A DNA stretch of 63,852 bases, the filler included, from Kipferlia bialata (Eukaryota): the NCBI GenBank assembly GCA_003568945.1. It is 6 parts of 6 records of this genome, joined end to end, with 100 filler letters (N's around TTAATTAATTAA, not from the genome) between each part and the next. Parts side by side here need not be neighbours in the genome. Positions count along the whole stretch, not along the records: positions 47,262 to 61,201 come from BDIP01000880.1; positions 61,302 to 63,852 come from BDIP01000958.1; 4 more parts are not named here. One strand, written 5' to 3'. Under the pieces are notes generated by a model. That model worked only from the letters and a program-made list of their open reading frames with translations, was not told the DNA's origin and did not search any database. A program made the position numbers and the translations under genes. Below are positions 53,996 through 63,852 of the stretch, piece by piece (within the stretch, counting starts at the first letter, position 1; each line of letters starts with the position of its first letter).

Positions 53996-56900
53996 ATGGC
54001 ATATCATGGGTGGTTTGAGTCCGTCTATATACTGGTACCAAGTATCACCCGTGAAGACACGGTAGGACACATCATATCCCCCTTCCCCCCCTCTCTCTCT
54101 CTGATGGGAATAGTATCCTATATGTGTGTTCCATCTCCATATACATATATATATTATTGTTTAGTAGTACATTGCTGATGTAGCCTCCCCCCCCCCTCTG
54201 ACCATAACTACTTTCAGGAGGCACAATCGGTGTATATACGGAGTCAGGCCTTCGCACAGAAGACGAGGGTGACCCGTCTTCCAGACCTACCCCGGAACCT
54301 TTCTACTCCTGCCACATTCACCTCTACCGGCCAAGTCCCTGTCATTGGGCAATCCCTGGTATGTCACTCAACCAAGTAGTCGTCGTGGCAGCATCTTACC
54401 ATCAGGCCAGTGTTCTGGAAGAGCACCTAAAGGCAACACCGGGGGATCAGCTGAGCGCACTCACTAAGGTGGGCTTTGTAATGGAGTGCTGAAGTACCAA
54501 ATTGATCATTGTCCCTAATCTCCAGCTCAAGCTAGTGGCCTTTGGGCTGGGAAACTCACAGACAGCAGACCGCAAATGGGTCTACAAGGTAAAGGGTTCG
54601 GTACGCAAATGGGTCTACCATGGCACCATCCCCCTTGTTGGCGTATTGGTGCAGATGCCTTGCCTTCTTGAGGTAAAGTGGCATCATCTAATGGGAGAGC
54701 GGAATGTCAAATGATATGTTTTCCTTGACCCAAGGTGGACTTCAGTAGAAGATATGTTGATGGCAACGTATATTCACTTGGGAGGGCCGAGTCATTGCTC
54801 ACAAAGGCTCTCTACGAGCATCCAACCCTTGCCAAGGTCCAACACGATAGGATCTCCACTCTCTTGTAAGCAGTTGTATACATACAAGAGATTGTCAATC
54901 AGACCCCTCACTTGCAGATCGACTTGCGCGGCCAGTGCTACTGCCCACCTGTGAGGGGAACCAAATTCTTCCAGGCAGTGTCCCAGAGGCGGTGTCCCAC
55001 TGTGGTAGTGACCTTCTATGCTTTTACTACATCCCTCTCCTTGAGGTCCCCCCTATTTAGAGTCAAGTCAGAAAGAATGTACACTCACTCATCTCCAGGT
55101 CATTTGTGGCCGTATCATGCTCGGAAGACCAGAATCTCTCCTCCCAGCATTGAGTGACGTCATGGCCTCATATGAGAGGAATAAGAATGATCCCCTAGGG
55201 AAGAATGGACCGGGGTTCGGGGTTAGTGGTTTTGGCGTCACTATCAATACACTTCAGCGATCACTTGTTAATGTCCTAACCATTAGCTTGAGCTTTGTCC
55301 CTCCCTGAATGGAGATTCGAGTCTGGAAGTCATGCTGAGGGGCATGAGGGACTTCGACATGATCAGAAAGGTTCTTTTGTACAATATGGCCTATACACTC
55401 CAGATATTCCTTATTGCATGAATTATCTCGTGACTTGTAAGTCCACACCCCACACCAGGTGACCTTGTGCACAGAGCCGTTTCGAAGCCGGATCTGGGAC
55501 AGAGAGGTATACATCACCCCAATACTGAGTGTACACATTGATATTATCGTTACTGGTTAATCTCAGGTGGCAATTCGTGTGAATACTGTGAAACATAGTG
55601 ACATAGCTGCCCTGGCCTCCATTCTGCCTGGCCTCTCTGACCTGACCTGGGTACTTGATGTGTATATAGGGCATATGTTTATCTCCCGACTCCTGAAAGA
55701 TGTCGATGCATTCGCTATCTCTGACAGAGACTCTCTATACCTCTCTACTAGAGAGTCTCTAGCGCTTCTTCATGTCTGATCCTCAGCTCGATCTCTCAAA
55801 TCTAGGAATAGGGGACAACGGAGCTGCTCTCCTTGCTAAGGGGCTCCCAAAGTCGCTTCAGAGTGCTCGTTCTTGTTTCGCTCGCAGGGTGGGGTACCTG
55901 TTACTGTTATGTCTAGCCATTGTGTGGTCTCCAGTATTGTCTAATTCGTAGCTTGACCTGTCTCACAACTCCATAGGTGCAGAGGGCACTATTGCTCTGA
56001 TCTCCCGGTTGCCTGACACGATTACCCACGTGAGTTTTTTCCATATCAACACTCCGGATATATAGTGACGATGAGTGGTATCTTACTACTTCTTACATAG
56101 TCTGTATGTTACATACTACTGTATTGGTGCTATGTTAGTATTTGCCAACATCAACTGACTCCTTGGTAGATCATATACCTATGTGGACGATGCAGTCTAT
56201 TCTTCTCTCTATCTCTCTCGCTCTCACCCTCTTAGATAAACCTGGAAGGCAACCCCATTGGCCCAAGAGGTGCTGCAGCTATAGGTTCAACTCTAAAGGA
56301 GCTGCCAAAGCTCAGGGAGGTGGGTGTAAATGGCTATACGCGTCAACTTTCGAGCAGTTTCTACCAGTGTTATTACAATATCCTTGAATCCCCGGTTCTC
56401 ACCTAGCTCAGGATCGGGTCGTGTAAGATCGGGCTTCTGGGCTGCGCCGCACTTGCTGAGTGTCTCGCCAGGCGCTCAGACGCAGACTGCTCCAAGGTGG
56501 GTGTGGCGTCAAACGCAGGCCGCATAGCTATGCATAGTTTGACCATACCTCACCGTAGATCACACATATGATCCCAGGTAATAGTCTACGCTGCTAAGAA
56601 CGGATTTGACGCGAGGCTCCTGAAACTGAGTCGCATCAGCAAAGCAACGACCCATTTGGAGAAGAGACAGGCGTGCGACAATATCATGGCCAGCATGCCA
56701 GAGACAGTGAGGGCTCAGGTACTAAATACAGTAGTGATTGCTGTGATTCTTATTTCTCTTATGCCTTCAGAGTGTAAGGCTCCTGCTACCTGCTTGTTGT
56801 TGGAACATGTACTATATACTTGTGTCTCCCACCCAAGCTCAAGACTCCCAACTGGTGGATGTCGCCAGAGATGCGGGCCGAGGCAGAGAGAGGGAGGGAG

Positions 56901-57023
56901 AGAGAGAGGGAGGGAGACATTAACACTCCTGGTGCTGCTATGGACCATCCACCCGCCAAGCGAGACAGAGAGGGAGAGAGAGAGAGAGAGGCAGAGGGTG
57001 GCCCAGCAGCTAAGTGCATATAG
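53996..57023 (+). CDS. RNI-like leucine-rich repeat protein; start uncertain
   Basis: Roughly one repeat per exon: LDLSNLGIGDNGAALLAKGLP, LDLSHNSIGAEGTIALISRLP, INLEGNPIGPRGAAAIGSTL and LRIGSCKIGLLGCAALAECL. Last exon ends GGPAAKCI*. Confidence 0.8.
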
Positions 57024-57232
57024 AGGTCAAGCCACTGGCTTGAAGCCAGTACAGTGTACTGAGTACACTGTCTAATCGATGGAGGAGGAATTGTACCATA
57101 CACTGCCTTCTTCCGCTTTCTGACTAAATATCTATTCACACAGAGTTTACTTGCCCCAGTGTGAGTGTCTAGTACACTGTGTTATCTACTCGCACATGCT
57201 TAGGCCTATGTGACGCACTATGTGTATAACGT

Positions 57233-58234
57233 CTACTCGCAGAGTGAGTGGAAGGCCTCGAACCCGTTGTCCACTGTGTCCATGATGGTGTCGATGCCTG
57301 ATTGATGAGAGAGGGAGAGAGAGTCTACTGATACTGTCTGTGTCGAAACCTGCATTATTGAGGGAGACGGCAATCAATCTGAGATATTATGAGACACAAG
57401 AGTCTACCGATACTGATTCTGTTCCTACCTGTATTGATGAAGGGGTCCATTGATATGAGAGAGAGAAACACACACTCTATCTAAATGCGTCGATACCTGT
57501 GCTGAGGAAGATGGCCACGAAGGAGCCAGCCAGCACGCATCCGACCTGGGAGTGAGAAGAACTACGACAAGAACGTAACACAGATTGAAGATTCATTCCT
57601 ACTATGCCCTAGCGTTCAGACATAAGAGGTCGCGAGCTAGAGAAATTCAGAGAGTGATTGAGAGAGAGAGAACCAGATGCACTCACGATGATTGGGATGA
57701 CAGCCTGTGTGTTCATTCTGGTCATGAGTGCCTTGGACACTAGCATGCCAGTCGGGAAGGCAAGGCAGCCGCAGATGAAGAAAGGAAGGGCCTGATGTAA
57801 GAGAGAAAGATAGAGAGGATCTGAGTAGCATAGTCAGTGGGGCGATAACAGATATGAAATATGAGTGTCTGTGACAATATTTAATACAGAGTCGAACAGA
57901 CACACTGCAACAGATGAATGTGAGGAGACAGAGACTCACCATTGAGAATGGGATCCTGCCCAGGAGTGCATACTGCACAAAGGAAGAACTAGCAGTGAAG
58001 AGAATCATGGTCTGGCTGGTGGCCCTGAGATAAGGATGAAGAAAGAGACAGGCAGAGAGAGAGGGGGGGGAGGGGGGAGAGGGGGAGAGATGAGAGGCTG
58101 GGAGGTACTAATCTATATGTGACAAGCATACCTTGTGACAAGCCCACCCACCCCCACTTCGAGTAGGATAGGTGTCTTGAGGATGCCACCCCCAAGGCCA
58201 AACATGGCAGCAACGGCACCTGGGAAATAAGGGT

Positions 58235-58278
<44 letters not shown>

Positions 58279-61026
58279 ATACCTGCTGCGACACCGAATA
58301 AGAAGAACTTTGACACCTCCCAGGGAGTCTGGAGGGAGAGACTGGCCACTCCACCTGGGTAAGGTGGAGAGAGAGAGAAGAGGAGAGAGAAAACGGGAGA
58401 GAGATAGATTCACGAATGTATATATATATTCACGTGTGTAAGTGAGTGTAAGTGTGGGTACCTAGGTTGACTGGCACCCCCTTGAGCCAGTCATACCATA
58501 GATATCTAGTATCAACATAATTAGTCAATATACATATAATGACTGCAACCCCAAATATTCTTAATACTCTTCTTTATAGCCGTGTTCATATAGGTGTACC
58601 TAGGTTGACTGGCACCCCCTTGAGCCAGTCTCTTCTGACCCAGAGGGAGAGACAGACAGCAGTGACACATCCAAGGGCTGAGGGTTAGTGATACACTATA
58701 CGAGGACAAATACATATGTGAACACTAAAGAAACATACTTGGACCCAGAGTGATGTCAGTTGAGAAATGAGATGTATACATAGTCGTATATGACTGATAC
58801 CCACCTATCTTGAGCCAGAAGACAGCAGTGAAGAGATAGCGTACACATGAAGACGGACGAAATGGTACGGGTTATTGACTGTCAATATAAGAGTGATACC
58901 TATCTTGACCCAAAAGAGTGTCCAGTAGAGTGGTGAGCACTGATCGACAATGGCACTGTCACCCTGCACCCTACTGATAGCCATGACAGACAGCCACAGG
59001 GTGAGGAAGACAGCTAGCCTGAAGGTCAGCATCAAGGGAATGCACAAAATTATGTACGTGTATTATTATGTCTCAGTATCTATATAATCACCTTGGCTTC
59101 GACACCCTTGTCCACACACTGACATCTGGGTTGGGGGCAGTGTCCAGCTTGTTGTTAGGGGCCTTAGCCTTAGGTGCCTCTCCCTCTCCCTCACTCTCAC
59201 TCTTGGGCACTGGAGATGTCTCGGGTGCACTCAGCTCAACACTCTCGGATGTAGCTACTACGGGTGCATCTCTCTCTCCCGCTATGTCTTCCTCACCCTC
59301 TCTCTCCATCTCTAGGGGAACAGCCGAGAGGGGCGTTGCCTTAACAGGACTACCCACTCTCTCTCCCGCTGTACCCTCTCCCTTCCCCGCAGCCTGGGTC
59401 TTGTCCTTGGGCTGCTCGGCCTTCATCTGCTGTAGAGTTAGATACGGATATATATAGCCTACATATGAATATATAGTGAACTCTGCTGGACAGTTAGATA
59501 TGGATATAGACAGGTATAAAGGTATATAGTTGATAGGAGAGAGGTATCAGAGAGTGACTGAGGTACACATACAATCTTGCCCTTCTTGATCATCTTGGGA
59601 CTTGTATTACATAGACGTCTGCATATGTATCTATATATAGTATATGTATATAAAGGATAGAGAGTAGAACGTACCATCTTGCCCTTCTTGATCATCTTGC
59701 GACTGAAGTAGACCAGCAGGATGGACACGCCTTAAAGGTTAGATGTAGTATATAATAATGGTACACATGCATATAGTAAGATCAAGTAGGAACATGAAAA
59801 CGATTGGAGAATTACTTACATGTATTTATATACTCTATAGTGACACACCACACCTATCAGCAGCAGGTACTCTGGGAATATGGTGTTGAGCACCACCCCA
59901 ATGGTGACACCAACAACACTGCCTTGGGGTTAGGGATTGAATGTATATATATATATACAAACAAAATAAATATAAAATAAACATATTCACACACTCTAGA
60001 TTAGTGTTCACATGTATTAATATACCTGGCTCCATGAGCATGACTATGTCACATCCTCTCTCTCTCTCTATATATATATTAATAATAGTATACATATATA
60101 CCCTACCTGGCTCCATGAGCATCACAATGTCCCATGCAATGAGTGGCTCTGCCTCTGTCTTGGGTCTCCTCAGCCTCATAATCAGCATCAGTAGTATATA
60201 TAGTATAGATACTGATACTGATACTGAATCTGATACATCTGTCTTGGGTCTGCTCAGCCTCAATGAATATATATATATACAAATATTTATACAAATATAG
60301 ATACCTGTATACCCTACCTCATGTTGTGGAGGAACACTGCAACAGAACCGCCAAAGATGATAGTCTAAGGTTAGGGGGATAAAGAGAGAGAGAGAGATAC
60401 AGACCCACCAATAAGGATAGTCTAACATGAGTATATACATTCACATATATATACCGAGAGAGAGGGTTGCGGGAGACAGAGACGAATAGAGAGCATGACA
60501 CACACTGCCATATGACACACTGTATGATACACACACACATATATATATGTGCATATTCACCTTGCTGTAGGGCACACTGCCATTCACTTCTGGGCCCAGG
60601 AACATACATAATCAAGGCCTAGCATATAAAGTACCAATACACTAATGTGTACCCCAGTATATGTACACCAAGAGAGAGACATACCTTACTATATGGCACA
60701 CTGCCATGCACGTCTAGACACAGGAACATACTAATCACACATGCATGTTCATATTGTTATATATATATATATACAAACTTATGCATACTCACCTTGCTAT
60801 AGTGTACACTGCCATGGACATCCAGCGCTAGGACATACAGAATCAAGTATATATATATATATAGACACATATATATAGTCTGTTGGTACCTTACTATAGG
60901 GTACACTGCCATGCACATCCAGACCCAGGAACATGAAGACAGACAGCATCATAGGGCCACCACCTACGCCACCTGAGGGTAAGTACATATGAATATATAT
61001 TTACATATATCTATATATGTATATAC

Positions 61027-61072
<46 letters not shown>

Positions 61073-61157
61073 CAGACAGCATCATGGGGCCACCCCCTAC
61101 ACCTCCTAAGAGTAAGTATTATTATTAAATATACACACACACACCAATATATATATG

Positions 61158-61201
<44 letters not shown>

Positions 61202-61435
61202 NNNNNNNNNNNNNNNNNNNNNNNNNNNNNNNNNNNNNNNNNNNNTTAATTAATTAANNNNNNNNNNNNNNNNNNNNNNNNNNNNNNNNNNNNNNNNNNN
61301 NACCCACTATGGAGACCACAAAGAGGACAAGGACTGGGGGTGGAGGGGGGGGGTGGAGGGGAGAAAAAGAGAGAGACAGAGAGAGAGAGGGAGGGTGAGT
61401 AGGAAGACTGCAAGAAAGAGAAACAGAAGGTGATG

Positions 61436-61469
<34 letters not shown>

Positions 61470-61554
61470 ACCTGAGATGATGACGACCTTGGCCAGCCCG
61501 CCCTCCCTCTTAGAGAGAGGGGGCACAGCTGCTGGGTTGCCATCGCCCTCCAAC
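57233..61554 (-). CDS. Sulfite exporter TauE/SafE (TSUP/DUF81) family transporter; 5' end may extend to ATG 61813
   Basis: GGVGGGPMML, SKTIIFGGS, PLIAWDIVMLMEPGSVVGVTIGVVLN.IFP, AGAVAAMFGLGGGILKTPILLE and ATSQTMILFTASSSFVQY, ending FHSLCE*. This is the two-repeat TauE pattern with a charged central loop. Confidence 0.9.
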
Positions 61555-62263
61555 CTGAGGTGAGACAGTAACTAGGGAGAATATGGAGGGGGAGAAGGGG
61601 AGGGGGGGGGGGGGGCTAGGCAGCTACTCCCCCCACTATATAGCACTGGATGACATGAGGAGAGAGCCACAAGTGAGAGAGGAGTAAGGCGTCACTCTCA
61701 GTCCAACGGCATATACGACACTGACCAATACCCCACACCCATCCTTACTGAGTGGGCCTAGTTACTCTACACTAGCAATGGGTACCACACTACCTGTTAT
61801 AGGTTGCGGACATGGGATAGCGCCGATTGTTTTGAAATCAGTCCGGAGGTTAGAGAAGAGACTGGTCGTCCCGGACGACGTCCGTGAAGATGACCCTTCT
61901 TCCACACCCAACCTTCCAATTATGTTCGGGAGTTGTGCCCCAGAGATGCTCTACCGTATCAACCGTATCGATAAGAGCCAGACTTCAGATTATAGAGACT
62001 AAACAACGTAAGAACACAACACCTCAGGCACAAAGAAGTGACGTCAATCTATTCATACAAGTCATAGATAAATATGACAACAGCCCTTGATGATATCTAA
62101 GGGACACCAACCATATCCTTCTTCACCCAGGCTGGTAATGTGCTGTCGTCTGACGGGCAGGAAGGGCTCAGGAAGGGCTCAGGAAGGGTCTGCAGAAGGG
62201 TGTCCTCTCGATTCCCTTTCTGGAAGTGTTCAATGACTGAGCACTGTATCCCATGCCCCATGC

Positions 62264-62785
62264 TTACAGGTTCTGGACGAGGGTAGCCTCGATGGCCTTG
62301 GGGTTGGCACCACGGACATCGGCAATCTGGGAGTGAGGGGTGGGGGATGGTGTATAAATAAATATGTATAAATGATGTATACGAGTCAATGCATCTGTCC
62401 CACCTTCTTCTTGTTCTTGATAAAAACAAAGGTTGGCATCGCACGTACACCAAAGGCCTGGGCAAGCTGGCCGTGCTGGTCAACGTCCACCTTGATGAAG
62501 TTGGCCTGGGGTGAGGGAAGAATGTACAGCCACACGGATACAATGTGTGAGAGAGAGAACACACGGTACCTTGGCCCCGTGGGTCTCAGACAGCTGTGCG
62601 AAGAAGGGGGTGATTGCCTTACAGGGTGGGCACCACTGAAGGTGAGGAGGTGAGGAGAGATATTAGAAAGCGAGAGACGTTCACACTATACGTACTGTGG
62701 CAAAGAAGTCGATGACCAGGAGCTTGTCCTCGGACTGCTCGAGGTAGGTGTTGAAGTCGGCGCCGCTAGTGATCTCGTGAACCAT
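62264..62785 (-). CDS. TRX: Thioredoxin, 4 exons, WCPPC active site
   Basis: MVHEITSGADFNTYLEQSEDKLLVIDFFAT|WCPPCKAITPFFAQLSETHGAK|ANFIKVDVDQHGQLAQAFGVRAMPTFVFIKNKKK|IADVRGANPKAIEATLVQNL*. Confidence 0.95.
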
Positions 62786-63490
62786 GTGTTGTTCTATAAG
62801 TGTGTTGGAGAGACACGAATGGCAAGGTCACCATAAACGAGCAGAATCATCAGGCTCTGATTCTCCGATCATTGTTGGCCACCAGATTCGGATGAACGTT
62901 TCAGATGGCCCAAGTTGAATCACTACGCCAGTCACTCTCACCCGCGTGATGCAACCTGATTCCCTGTTATGCTATTACTTGATGAATGCTCCTCTACGCC
63001 TAATGTGTTGTATATCAGTATATTATTTAGGTATATGGAGTGAACATAGTTCATATTCCTTTGAGTTGGCACTCTTCAGATCTCCATAACATACAGATAC
63101 ACCAGCCACTCTATTGCTCAGCGTACCGTATACCATGTAATGGATGGTAGTATGTCAAGTGTGGATGTAGATACCCACTTGGGAGAGCGATATCATGCTT
63201 GACAATGATACATGTACTCATAATCAAAACATAATATGTGATCACTGATCAAACGTGTCACATCATACCAGTTGAGGGTGACCATAACCGCAGACACTCA
63301 GTTCCTCGCATGGATATGAGTCTCTGTCGCTATTGGCAAAGTGTGCAGCAAAATAGGCGCGACTGGAATCCCAAGGCCTAGTGCACACGTGGTTGACCCC
63401 TGAGGGTATCAGCACTGAGCATACTGCCCACCCTAGTCCACTAGCAATACACTCCTCGTACACTCAAATACTCAGATATGCTACACCGAC

Positions 63491-63794
63491 TCAGGGGCTC
63501 CAGTCATCAGGGGTGTGTACTCCCCTCTCTCCACCTCCCCCTCAGCCTCTCTCTCCTGTCTCTGCATCTTGGCCAGTCTCTTGGCCCTCTTTCTCTCCTG
63601 CCGCTCCTCCCTCTTCCTCTCCTTGGCCTCTCTTCTCTCTCTCTTCTCCTCCTGCTTCAAGGCATCCTGCTGTCTCTCCCACTCCTCCTTTCTCTCGTGC
63701 TCCGCGGCCTTTCTGGCTCTCTTCTCTTCCCTCTTCTTACGCGATACAGTGCTCTTGAAGGCATCGACCAGCTGCGTGTAGCTACGGAGACAGG
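63491..63794 (-). CDS. Terminal exon of a hypothetical protein with a charged (E/R/K) helix
   Basis: Acceptor ctcacctcag, then CLRSYTQLVDAFKSTVSRKKREEKRARKAAEHERKEEW...DDWSP*. Confidence 0.65.
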
Positions 63795-63852
63795 CTGAGG
63801 TGAGAGAGAGAGAGAGGGGGGGGGGGGGGTATGGAGGGAATTTTTTTTAATA

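Noticed and set aside
63478..63798. Leu/Ser-rich plus-strand ORFs resembling membrane proteins
   Set aside because: They are the antisense of the E/R/K-rich minus-strand exon.

Overview
Eukaryotic, very intron-dense draft-genome sequence. It has small exons, introns full of (TA)n/(GA)n/(CA)n microsatellites, and a branch point fused to the 3' splice site (CTVAC-N3-5-AG). This style suggests a free-living fornicate such as Kipferlia (inference only). Five artificial 100-bp N44-TTAATTAATTAA-N44 linkers split the window into six pieces. The ORF track is mostly noise, so gene models were spliced by hand. They are a CCDC81-like HU-domain gene, DUS1, the orphan 3' end of a proteasome alpha subunit, a Kelch+6xPSI attractin-like gene, an RRM protein, a complete ~305-aa 7TM GPCR-like gene, two damaged CUB-TM copies, a SET-domain gene, a >13-kb coiled-coil gene, a Kelch-like gene, an RNI-type LRR gene, a TauE/SafE transporter, thioredoxin and several hypothetical genes. 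The most striking feature is that many introns carry arrays of half-exon 'echoes' that keep their splice site. These copies differ from the live exon mostly at synonymous positions, and one array keeps a longer version of the exon. A shared intron 3'-end module also recurs in unrelated genes.
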